From Balanoglossus misakiensis (lineage: Eukaryota > Animalia > Hemichordata), in assembly GCA_040954595.2 (NCBI GenBank), contig CM082587.2, positions 4,668,093 through 4,732,092 on the forward strand: a stretch of DNA of 64,000 bases. The letters are read 5' to 3'. The notes under the pieces are model-generated. The model was not told the origin of the DNA. It ran no database searches and saw only the letters and a program-made list of their open reading frames with translations. Positions 47,868-61,400 of the stretch are shown piece by piece. Within the stretch, counting starts at the first letter, position 1. The number at the start of each line of letters is the position of its first letter. Both the position numbers and the translations under genes were made by a program.

Positions 47868-50800
47868 CTTCGTGTAAGAATGAAACTGTGAGGAGAAAAA
47901 ACAACAACAGTATTCATTAGCGACTGGGTTTTTTGTTTTTCCGAAAAGACATAATACACAGACCTGTCTATCTATTCTACGGCTGTATAGTGGGACGTCT
48001 TTGCATTCACCATGCAATATTGATTAGAACATACATATGTTTTAATATAGAATCTATACCTGTAGGGTTTATTGCAGATTCGGAGTTCTCCGCATTCTTG
48101 GTTCTGGATTTTCTGTTGCCGTTGATCGTAGAGATGGTATACAGGATGGGGTTCGCTGCCGAGTTGACTGGCAAGAGAAACACCGCCGTCCAGGCGTACA
48201 CTGTGCCGGGAATGGTGACTGCGTCCGCCAAGGCCAGCATCGCCATCGCCGTGATGGGTACCCAGCAACAGAAATCGGTCAACACGATCAACGTCATGCG
48301 CTTGGCAATTGCCGCCTCCTTGGATCTCCTGTGCGACTGTCTCCCGGCCACCGCCTTACTGGTGCGCACGACGTCGACGTACATGATCAGGTAGCACACC
48401 AGGATGACCACGAAGGACAGGAAATTCAGGAACAGAAGCGTGACCGAGTACTCCCAGCCGGGCGTGGTCTCGTTGGTCAGGTACAGCGACAGGCACACCG
48501 GGGAGCGCCCGTAGTAGCTGTCGCCGAAGTACGGGATGCTCATCAGCGGCAGGGCGCTGAGCACCGCGGACACCAGCCAGCCGAGAACGGCCACGACGAC
48601 CGCGTGTCGATACTTCGAGGTCATGAACCGCAAGGGGAACACGATCTTCAGGAATCTCTCCACCGTTATTGCCGTCAGAGCGAACACGGACACCTCGCTC
48701 GACAGAGTGGCGATGAAGCCGGCGAAGTGGCACAGGTGCGACGCGCGCCACGACTGGTCGTATCTGACGTAGACACCGCGATAGTACATGTCCGCCGAGG
48801 CCACGATGAACAGGTACACCCCCATCAGACAGTCCGACATGGCCAGGTTCCAGATCAGAAACGTCGACATCTGCTTCATGTCGCTCTGCTTCGTCCGCCA
48901 GACTATGACAAAGGCGTTGCCCACCAAAGCGAAGGATCCCAGAATCCAGACGAAAACCCGCAACACCGAGTTGGCCATCAGATCTTCGCAGGAGGAGAAG
49001 GCGTCGCCCGGCGGTGTACACAGCTCGACCTCGGTGTTCTTAGAAACCATACAACAGTACATGAATGCTTCTGTGTATCTGTGTGGATTGGAAAGCAGAA
49101 GAGAGAGCATGTTTGATATCGCGAGATTGCTGTTTTCATAATAACACACCGATGTGTCGATAAGGTCGATTGTCCGTTTATGTATTATCAGCATTTGCTC
49201 CTAATTTACATTTTAAAGTCAAGACAAGGGAAACAGCTGTCTACGGAGTGGTACCTACATTTGACGCAGGTTAACCAGCGGACGAAAGAGCGCATCGCTC
49301 TCCACAGAAAACCGGTTGCCCGTTAAATCCCTGTAAGAAACCAGAAAAAATGTTGCTCCCATCTATATCTGCCAGTTTGACTGTCGACTGCTCCCCATCT
49401 CTCTCTCACTCTCTCTTTATTTAGTTTTGAAACCACGGAAAATACGCTCATGAAATAGTAAAGTTCTCTTTGACTTACAAGACTTGAAGATTGTCAAGAC
49501 CTTCAAAAGCACCATCAGATATCCGTGTGATCCTATTATTCGATAAGGCACTGCAAGTGGACAAGACAAACAGAAGAATTCCATTAACACGTATACAACA
49601 TACATTTGTCCTGGTCGTGTCAAAATTCATGCTTTCTAAAGAATATGAGGTGTGCTGTGTCATTGTGACAGAAATGTTATAGTTATACAAATGTAGTTAC
49701 AGAATGAGAGATAACTCACAGTTGGCGCAAACGCTGTAGTCCAACAAACGTATACGCATCCAGATGGTCTATGTTGTTTCCGCTGAGTTGTCTGGAAGGT
49801 GACGATAACGAAGAATGTTAGTGGCATGTCCTTCATGTGAGATGAGCTGTTACAGTAGTTTTTTATTATCAGAAACATCTTCAAACATTCTTGAGTGATT
49901 TCATTTCCATGTAATAGCTATGCACTTGTACATTGTACTTACAAAATGTACATGTTGCTGAGAAATCGGAACTTCATCACCGGAATGTCAGCTATAGCGT
50001 TGTTGGATAAATCGCTGTGAAAACAAAACGAGATGACGAATACATAGATTGTTAACTGAGGTTACAATAAATTACTAACCAGTACAATACAAATACATAT
50101 ATGGTTTGAAAGCATATTTTGGGGGAAAGCCCATACACTACGTCAATACTTACAGCTCTGCCAAGAATTGAAAGATAGTGAAGTCAGCCTGTGAGATGTT
50201 TACGTTGTTACCCGTCAGGTTCCTGTAGAGAATTATGATAATTGATAATGAAATATTTGATCTTTTCGATATGAGAACGATCAAAGAAAGAGGCAGAGAA
50301 TGAATTAAATGTTCAAAGTGTTCAGTATAGTAACATTGTATTTTGAACAACTACTTACAATTTCCTAACTTCGAAAATATTTGACGGCATCTCTTCGATG
50401 TTATTATTTTCGCAATCAATCACATAACCGTTGCAACGACAACCAGTCGGACAGCTGATACCTATAGACAGAGAAAGGAAAGATGACATTTTATATGTCT
50501 GGCTGATTAATATATGCTTATGTACAGTATTTCGATTTTTAAGACCTGTCTCTGACAGGTACACCAAGATGTAAAATATCTATGCCTACCGCAGGCGAGT
50601 TCATCGTCTCCACGAGGACACTGTTTTATACCATCACACCTCTGAGCCAGTGGAACACACTGCTTCGTGTCGTGGCAGCGAAAATAGCCAGGACAGGTGA
50701 AAGAGTCTGGAAAAAAAGGGGCGTAAAAATTAGAAATTAGAAAGGTGAGGCTGTTACTGTGCTGGCCAATTTTAAAACGGTTTGAAGGATCAAGACTTAC

Positions 50801-53800
50801 CACAATCTCGTTCGTCGTGGCCATTCGGGCAGTCTGAAGTCCCGTCACAACGCCGATGCAACGGTATACAGTACGAGTCGGGACATTTGAACATTCCACC
50901 GGGACAGTTAAACTGGGCTGATGAGTAGGAGAAAAAGAGATTCAGTAGATCAAGGTGGATGACATACGTGTCTGACAGCTAAACTTCATCGTCAATAATT
51001 AAAAAGTGGCTTTTACACATTGCGTAAAATATACTTTCATCCAACGTCACCTATGGAATGAGCGTAACCGCCATTGACATTTCCTTGTGCCGTGTTTAAT
51101 AGTTGACCTTGACCTACCACATGATGTGAGGTGGGTGACATCGCGACACCCAACCTGGTAGCCGTACTGGTCGAAATCGTAGATGCACATCAGCGTACGG
51201 TTGATGCAGAGACCGTTGTGGCATTGAAACTCATGGTCGCCGCAGTTCTGTGCGTCGTCGTCAATGGTGACGTCACAGCGTATCTCGTCCTCCCGCTCGT
51301 TTCCCGCGCAGTCTTTTCTGCCGTCGCATTGCACGTGACTGGGTAGACAGTCCCCGTTGTAGCACTGGAACCCTTTACAGACATCTTGTGGAGAGAAACG
51401 TTGTAGAATTAATAATAAAACGTTTCTCAAAATGACAATAGATCCATAATCAATAAGGAAGCTAGGTAGGCTAATTGCAGAAGGACAAAAGTACAATCAT
51501 CAATGCATGAAAAAATTAAACTAAAACTTACCACATGCCACTTCGTCAGACCCATCTTGACAATCTGGTATTAAGTCACATCTCTTAGATTGAGGCAGAC
51601 ATTGTCCATTATCACATCTATATTGAGTTGTTGTACAGTTAGGATAGACTGTAACAAATCACAGAGAATCAAAATCAAAACATGCAGTTGGTCATCATAA
51701 TTACATAGTTACACAAAATTATTAAGGCTCTAGATTGCACACATGGTTGGTTTATAGTACATGTATATATCCCTTGAGCATATTCAACCAAAGACGTATA
51801 CATACCACAAAATCTTTCATCACTGTTGTCACCACAGTCGTCGACGAAATCGCAATAGAATGTCATGGATACGCACTCCCCGTTTGCACACTGAAAAGTG
51901 TTGGTCGGACAGAGATTGTCCATTGCTGAAGGGAAAAACGAGAAATAGCGTCAGAAGCACATATTATTGAAGTGGGACCCGTTTTTTATGTTGAAGTTCC
52001 AGGCCATTTCGGTCTAGAAAGTAATGGCCGTCATCGACTTCGATGTTCCAAATATGGCGTCCAAATATGTCACGTGACAGTTCCCTTAACTCACCACAGT
52101 TTTCTTCATCGGACCCGTCTAAACAGTCTTCAGTGCCGTCACACACACGCACTTCATGAATGCAAACGTTGTCACCGCACTTAAAATTGTAGTCACCGCA
52201 GTCCAGTTGATTCACTGTTGAGAACGTGAAAAACAAACAGAATCGTGAGCGATGTCCTAAACTACGTGCTATCAACACTCTTTTAAGAAAAGTATATCTT
52301 ACCCATTGCCTGACTGTTACAAAGTTCGTACTCGGTCATACATTCTTGTAAGCCCCAGCTCCATCCTTCCGTGTGCAGAACCAGACAAGTGTCAGATTTA
52401 TTCAAATCCGTTGCCATGGTGCTGTTTTGTCCAGCTCGGCAGGAAATCCCACATCCTTGCTCAACCATGTCAACTACTTCCTCCGTCACGTTACTTTGTA
52501 CTGCAATATAGCCAGTCGTTGGTACGGCCCAGATGTTGTTTACGTAGTATGCAAATAGTTCCAGTTCGTAGTCTGAGACAGGACTTGGGAACGTCTTCTC
52601 ATTTTCTTGACAAGAATCCCGAGCGTTGGTCTGTACTAGTTTGAAACATACACCGCCGTATCTTCCCCAAGACAGGTCACCACATGCTAGAAAGCAAAGA
52701 ATATGCAAATTCGCATAAAGTACGTCATATAAAACCTGTCCCTTATAAACAAATACCATTCGGTGCTATATACACTTGAATTTTTTCTGACCACTTTGTT
52801 GGTTGTTTGTACCGGACTTACCATAACGTGCCACGCCATTGTATGGTGGATCAGCTTGGTGCCCGACATACAATGCCGGTTTCTTGCAGATGAACTGTTT
52901 GACGTAATCCGCTGCACATGGTATGTCGTGCCAGTGATTGGTGTTATGCACGTTTGTCATTGATATGACCGTGCAGCGTTCAAAGCTCGCGCCGTCGGGC
53001 TGGTCGTATTCATCTCGGCTTTCTGCTCTAGCCCTGAAATAAATGGACACTTACAAATTAAGTAAGAAGAAGTCAATCCACTAAAGGAATCGCCTCAGAG
53101 TGTCCCAGAAGTTCAAAAACAACATTTGGGTACTCAAATCTCCTTGATGTTGGTATACTGTATGACTTACCAAGCGGTGAAACTCATGGGATTGCCGTCT
53201 GACCATCTGTGTTGATGTTTCCCCGGCTCCAGCATAAGACCTACCAGATCAATGAAAACTTGAACGTTAATAGTCTTACTTGCCTATCAACCGAACCCAA
53301 GAAAGCTTCAACTTACAACTACCATTTACTGCTTAAGGTGAAGATGGACAACTTACCTATATAGGCGGTCGCGTCGCCGTTCCACCACATTCTGGCAAAA
53401 GCATACGTGACAAACTGGGATTCGTCTGAATCCAGTATACTGACAAGGTGAGCGCCATCTTCGGCGCACCTGGACTCAGCCTCGACCGAAGTCAACGTAC
53501 GGTTTTGCGAATGAAACCTGTAGCACTCTTTGCGAAATCCATCCCAACCGTCTTCCTGGCAAACGTAGTCTGAATAGTGGAGAATGAAGGAGAAATCATA
53601 AACATTTGATAGCTTGGAAATAGTGTTTTCGTGCCGGTATCATGATTGTGAAAAGGATTGTAATGTGAATACTCACCCAGATTTAGAGTAATATTTATTT
53701 GCAGGTTGGATTCGTAAGGAACAGCAAAATACTTCGCTAAGAAGCCAGAACCGCCTCCTGCGTCCAGCCCTCGGAACTCGACAAACATTTCGGAACTGGC

Positions 53801-55444
53801 CGATATCACTCTACTCGGACGACTACTGCAGAAAGTGCCGTAGAGGAAGGCCTCGTCCGGACTCTCCGAGTTGTAGACTTTCAAGTAGTTGTTGACGCAG
53901 TCGGGATCCAGGGAATGGCCGACGTTGAAGTCGAGGAACGTCAGCTCTATAACGTCCCCTACTGGCACCTTGATGCTCCAAGTCGACGCGCAGTCGGGAG
54001 GGTTCGGGAACGGGTAACCGACAGACTGGAAATAGCCGCACCTCGTTTCCATGTTGAAGTGTTGGCCGCAGTTTGAGAACCCCATGCCGTAAGCCGGACA
54101 GTCTGAAACGAAGAGAGGAGGACGATTTCTCTTCATTTGTCATACAAAAGTGATATTTTTCTGCAAATAAATATACTATTCATATAATTTAAGATATACA
54201 TTTCGCGACCATGCACCAAGGACAGCTTGCTTGATAGGCTACAGACTCGCCCTATCATTTCTATCTTATTCGCGCACAGATAAGTAATTTCAGACACAAA
54301 GCCGTGCAGTCGTACCTGTGGTGTAATAATGAGCGGTGAACCCTCTACCAGTGACGACTTCTCCGGACGAAAAGACAACCGTCATAACATTTGACGTCGA
54401 TGATATGAGAGGAATCTCCGAGCCACAGAACTTGGACACCAGTGTGGCGTCGTTGGTCGCCGTGTCGTTGTACAACGCCACGTAGTTCTGGCAGATGGAA
54501 TTCCCCGTGGCTTCAGATTCGGGCAGATCGAAGGTGTCAAAGACGAGGTGTATGAAGCGGTCTCCCGCGGTAGATATCACCCATCTACATTTGCTGTTCG
54601 GGTAAAAACTGGCAGATCCCGTCACGAAGTTCATCGTTGAGAAGCTGCCCTCGGCCGCTGTTAGTCTGGCCGGCGCCCCGCACCCTGAACACTCGTGCTC
54701 TTGCGGATCACAGTCTGCAAAATGGACGGTGTTTGTCAAACGGCGAAATCTGTTTGTGTGTGTCAATGAAATGTCCATGAATCTATACAATAGTGAGTCT
54801 TACAATCACTTACATTTTTGCAGCTCAGCGACGACAGGAATCCTGTATGCACCGGCCACAGTTTCTACGTGGAAAATCTCTCCTATTCCAGTAGCGCCTG
54901 GTGTGTGTGACACCATTAGATTCTTACCCTTGCACAAGGAGCAGTCGTAACACCCTACGCGTTTTAGGACGCGGCATTTGTTTTGGCAGTATATACCTAG
55001 AAATTAAATTTGAAATAAAAAATGACCAATCAGCAAATTCGTATTAAAGGAAAAATCTTCAAAGATGCTGCACACCATTGAAAAGGAATTTTCTGATGTG
55101 ATACTGACCTACAAAATCTCCAGGTTGAAATGACAGGCGATCATCAGGAGAAACATCGACAGTGAAGACACTACCAAGTTCCCTTGGTATCGCAATCTTG
55201 TTTTGACCTATCATGGTAAACTGGGTCCTGTGACTGCGACGGTAAATGCCCGGATAGAGATACTCCTGCCCGTCTTCCACCACGTCGGATTTGAACTGCC
55301 ACTGCCTGATTTTCCCCGCACAGGGCAACTTCATCGTCTGATCAATAATGATCACAGGGCCGTCCATCTCGGTGGTGGTGTCATTGTTGAGGTTGCTGTT
55401 CCCGATTGATGTCGGACAGTCCAATATGCCTAGCGAACAACAAT

Positions 55445-55497
<53 letters not shown>

Positions 55498-58400
55498 GTT
55501 AAAAGTGTCACGTTCCGAGAAAACACTGCTATGTGTTTGCTTACTAACAATATGTGCAAAAAAACGCCAAACTAAAATTTCGATCCTGGCGTTTGTTTAG
55601 TATTGAAATGTATGCACCAACCTGTCGGTACTATTACAAGTTGAAAGATGTTCAAGAGATAAACCTCGTGTTTGGTAAACTTGACGACCATAGCCTGGTT
55701 GCTGCTGTAGACGGCCTGAAAACCATAAACGGGCAAAGGTGAATTAATATATAGGAGAAATGTCGAACTATGAGCATTCAAGTTGTAAATACAGAATAAT
55801 GGTGGTGGTGTGGTGGTTATTATGATGGCAGAAACAGTGGCCATTAAAATGGAGTATAAAAAAGACGAAAATATATCAAACCTTCTACGATTTTCTCTTA
55901 CCTTGGGATACTGTCGGTCGATCCCACAGACGAGCGCAAGTTGATCATAGTCGTTGTCTACTATCTCCAGATAGTCAATAACGCATTGCGGCTGTATGCA
56001 ATCACCGACTTGGTTGTAGAACTCAATGAACAGTGTAATTGTGTATCCTGCAGGTGGAAATTCGAACTTGTAAACTTAGCAACCAAATCACAAAACCAGT
56101 CGGTCAAGCTCTAAACTTAGTCAGGTATGGGCAAGTGTACGCGACCTTCTAACATCGTTGAGTGGAAATAGGACAGATACACGCGACCATACACCACAAG
56201 TGCACAACAAAGCAATTTTAGACCAAAAGAATATTTTCAACCCCGCAATATGAAATCATTTTGAACTTAACAGGTCGTAGTAATACATACCACGCGGCAC
56301 AGTAACCCTCCAGTAACAGTTTAACATTTCCCGCGGTCTGAAACTTATCACACCAATGTCATTTTCCGAGAGTATCAAAAATTCATCGATGCTGCAGACC
56401 TCGGAGTACACTGTCAGAGAGAACATAATATTTTAGCTATTAGTATAGTACGCAAGATTGCTTTGCCACTGATTCAACCGAACTAGGCTTAATTCCACCG
56501 TTTAATGCACGGCCTGTGCTATTAATTTTTCGTAATAGATGCAAGGAAGGTTGATACTTACGTAGACATGTGTCGGATTCGGGGTCTGCATTGTTGACAA
56601 CAGTCGAGTCGATTCTTTGGATACATTGGTCACTGCAGCCATCACTCTTGGTGCCCGAACCAATACAGGATTCTAGTCCTGTACGAGTAAATATTCAGAC
56701 GTTTTACTCATTTCTATCTCCAGCGTTAGTCATTCCCAACAAGAAAGTTGTGAGTTACTGTAGGCCTACATATCATACTGTGTATTTGTGGTTCTGTTAC
56801 TCATCGTTTATTGTGTAAGGGACTATTTTGTCACTGACCTGCGCAGCGATCTTGTCTTGTTTCGTGATACTGGTACATGTAGTTTCTTGAGAAGCACGGA
56901 CATATCAGGTGTCCAAGACTGTGTCGACAGATTCGGTCACAGCCGGTTCCAACAACCGGGAATGCGCAACGGTCCGCTCCTGTAACACAATATAATCTCT
57001 GTCTATTTGTGTGAAATTCCTGGTGTTCGTCGGCCAGGAGTATGTTCAACTTGGTGAAACCCTAGGCAAGGCAGTCATCTACGTTTCAGCCCCCAGAATG
57101 ATGCAATAACTTCTCTGTACGAATTAGACAGGTAACTCATGCGCGTGCGTAATAGCCAAGTGAAGAGCTATGCTATGCTTTATGTATTAGGATAACACAC
57201 TGATTCCTTCACTCCGAGTTATAGACTCCGTCCAAACTATAAATGTCAACTAGTTTTACCTGATTGTTCACAAATGTAGCGCATCTGTATGTCACAGTCA
57301 TCCTCGATCCATTTCAGGTTGTTATCGCTTGCCCTGTTGACCACGAGAGAGCAAAATTTGTCTCAAATTTGAAATTCAAAATGGCCGCCAATCTCTGTGT
57401 CGACATTTTGACTGAGCTGTGGCACTATGGGAGGGGATCGTGCAGTACAAAAAATAGAATTCTTAGAATGTTAGTCCGTCTGTAAAAGTCTTGAGGGCGT
57501 ACACTCTTTTGATTAACTCTCGTGAGGATATGGCGTAGTTCAAAAAATAAAATTCAACCGACAATGAACCGAGATACATTGGTTAATGGCCTACTTCAAA
57601 GTCCTGACGCAGGGACCATTTCCGTTCGGTTCTCCTTCGGGAAACCGGTGGTATTCCGAAAGGGTTCCGTCGGCGAACTGTAATTCCACCGAGTCATCGT
57701 CGAAGTAAACCACCCTGTCGTCCATCCAGAATTTATTGCCGTGATCCGCTTCAATGGTGAACGCCCTGAACTCCGTGTATTTCTGGAAATCGGTGATCTT
57801 CGCCAACATCATGCCGTAACCGTCACAAGTCAGGGAAGCGTCGTAGTTGCTTTTCGACAGCCGGAACGTCACAAATTTTGAGGTGCCTAAAAGGAGGAAG
57901 AAATCGATAATGATCGAAGACGTTTTCTGGCGTATGCACTTTCTTCTGAAGAAATGAGGCGTCTCTTTCGCAGGTGTGATTTTTACTTACGTGTACACAT
58001 TTTGCCGTCTTCGTGCAACCTGTAGCCAGGAAGACATTCACAGAAGTAGGAACCTGGACTGTTGACGCAAATCTGCTCACACGGCGAGTCGCTTTCAAGA
58101 ACTGCACATTCGTCAATGTCTGCAAGGAAACAGAAATTGTTAAAATGTGTCTGTCGATGTCGTTGGTACTCCATGCGCTTGGTTGGGGAGGGGTGTTGGG
58201 GGGGGGGGGGGTGAGAGCGCCCTCGATCGACGGATGAGTCTGACTCTCACCTGTGCATGTACCATTCTCCTCCTGGCGGTAGCCTTCACAACAGTCGCAC
58301 GCTCCTGACTCCGTTGCGTTACACGATGCTACGTCACCATCTGTACAGTTGCTGGTATCTGAAACGTAGAGAATGAATAATAAGCCCGTGATCAATGATG

Positions 58401-61400
58401 ATATGCTATTATAAGCTTTTCTCAAATATGGAGAGATTACAAACAGGCAAAGCTGTGGCCGGACTGGTGGTGACGTCATGCAATCGCCAACTCTGCCGAA
58501 GGATCTGGTCCTATCGTGGATGTGGTACCAGAAATTACATTCTGAAAGTGCGTTTGAACGAAAAAGCTTCCCAGTTAAAAAATAGCACCAACCTCGTCCA
58601 TACACTTCAACCTCACACACATTGAGAATGTCAGATCTTCCGGGGTACTGAACGGTGACGTATCTTCCCAGTGTCTTCTGCTTGCAGTACATGACATGCG
58701 CACCCTCGGCGTGTACGCTGACAGGTTCCCCACAAAGGTAGTTGTCCTGCGGCGAAAGACTATTCCCAGCGCGGACTTCGGCGCCGATAATGCGATCCCC
58801 TGAATAGGAAAATATAATCAAACTTGGATGTCGATGGGGCGTACAAAACAGGGCATCAAAATGGCCGTTCGTGTAAATGTGTTCAGTCGAGAAAGCTAAC
58901 AAAATATACGCGCCTTACAACGTCCAAAGCTTAAGTCGCCAATAGAGTGAATTCAAATTTCAACACGAACGTGATGGATGAGCCAAGAAGGCTGCACATG
59001 TATGGATTCTTTCCCGACAAAGGAAGTTCGACAGGCGCTAAAATGATTTCGATATCACAAAGCTGCGCTCGCTGATACCCTAGCGCATTCTCGTAATTGG
59101 GTGCTTAACTATTGAAACTCGCACAAAGGAACCGTTTCTACGAAAAGTTGAGATATTTTCAGCCAAAGAAAACAAGATTAAAACAGCTCAGCAACCGTTT
59201 ACATTTAACAAGCTTAGATTGCGTACGGATCATGTCGTGATGGGATTAACGGTCCTGTATTTGGGGTATAGGTAAACCGACCTCATTACCCATACTACAA
59301 CCATGGCATGTGTTGGCATATTTCCGTTGAAAATAGGCAGCATCTAGCCTCCAGTTTGATGGTGTACTAACAAAAGAATTAAAGCCATAACTAATGAACA
59401 GAACCGATCACTTACTAAAAGTACCCTTTCTGTTTAAGATGACCACTTTGAAGATGTGAAACTCGCTATGCAAATCAACTCTCCACCACGGTTCATAATC
59501 GTACTGCGTCTGCGCACAAGTATCCAAGAACGGGCCGTTCCGGTTACCGTCGATGGCTTTGCCGGCCGCAGTGTCTTCAACGTATGTGCTGCTCTGTGTG
59601 GCTGTCTTTCCCAGTGCCACGTTTAGTCTGTCACCTGAAAGGGTATATCACATAGATGGCTTTAACAGTTTCAGTAACTTTCGACCCATCCAATTGGAGT
59701 TCATTCGAAAAATGTATGGCATATCTGCTTTGAGGGCATACTTACCTTCACAGTTTATTTCATCGGAGCCGTCTATGCAGTTCTGTTCAAAATCACACAC
59801 GAACGTCAGAGGTATACACGCGCCAGAGCCGCATGTGAATTCATCCTTTGCGCACTCTGAAAGCGAAGAGAAATTTTCCAAAAGACAGAAAGATAATTAT
59901 GTATAATGGCCTCAGTCGAGGAAGATATGACCACGAGACATGCAAACACACCACTCTATGCATACAACTTTTATTGTTGACAAGAATAAGACTTCATCCG
60001 CTGCCGAACTGCTCTGTAAACGCGACATAAAGCTTTCTGATATCAGTTTTTAGCAAGATCGATCCCTCAACAACAATGTATTTACCTCCACAGGATAGCT
60101 CGTCTTCTCCGCCAGGACAATTCGGCCAGTAGTCACAAACCTCCAAATTGCTCACACATGTTCCGTCAGTACACGCATATTGACGGTTCCCACAACCTGT
60201 ATTCAATAGCACATAAACAAATATTTTATAATATTAATATTTAAATTCCATTTTCCGTTGAAATTGTTTGCTTTGATCAATAATGGTTACAGTTACTCAA
60301 ATTACTGCATCGCAGAAGGCTTTTAGTCGCATATTTAATTAATGATTTATAAATGTCTTACCCGCGCACACGTCCTCGTCTTCGCCATTATCACAATCAA
60401 TATTGCCATCACAGACCCAGAAGTTTGGAATGCAGGTCCCGTTACTGCATAGATAACTACGTTTCCCACATACTGTGTGAAGCAAGGACATGTACTTTCA
60501 GATGCATATATACGTAGATTTTCATTTCCGAGCTAATCAGTTTGTTTTCCCTATACAACAGTGATCAAGTTCTCTTGATGTTCGAACTACTGTTACTGCT
60601 GTCGCTTCCAGTTTTCCTGTTGTCTTGAGATAGGGCTGGTTTAGTCGCACCCCTACCCCCCCCCCCCCCCCCACGTCACCCCAGAAATTGCTGCAAAGAT
60701 TACATGCTTACTTGCGCATCCCTGCTCATCTTCGCCCTCTGCGCAGTCGACGTAGTTATCACACATATAGGTTTCGGGAATGCATGTACCATCATGGCAG
60801 CTGTGCTCGCAAACTGTGTCACAAAATTTACGAGATGCTTAATTAACCCGAAAAACTCGTAAAGAAACTACTTCGTTTTGTACAGACATCTATATTGAGC
60901 TACATATACATGCAGAGAGAACAGAATGATAAAATACGTAAAGTGGATAATTTTTGTTTCGTGTAGGAAGATGGCCATATCGTACCCATTTCGATCATAT
61001 CTTCATCACTTTGAAAGTACAGTCTACCCCGACGTTTAAAAATTAGTTTCTAGAAATTAGGACAATTCTTTACCTTGACACGTTTTTCCATCTTCTTGTA
61101 ACTGGTGTCCCTCAAGACACTCGCAGTAAAAAGATCCAATCGTGTTCACACATGTGTGCTGACAGCCGCCATTGTCATTCGTGTCACATTCATCAATATC
61201 TGAAAATATTGAAATACTGCTTTAAAGGGACATTAGCTATACTCTTTGGCTTTATTCTAGTAACCGTGTCATAAATTAATGATATTGAAAGTGACATTAA
61301 GGTGACAGCTTCTCGCTTTGAAATGCCGCACATCTCACCTTCACACGCGTGTTCACTCAGCAAAGGCGTGAATCCAGAAGGACACGCGCAGACGTGCTCC

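Noticed and set aside
48331-49141. 261-aa antisense and other ORFs over the 7TM exon
   Set aside because: Shadow of high GC3 codon usage
55406-55600. Poly-Asn and poly-Cys ORFs
   Set aside because: (AAC)n microsatellite in an intron
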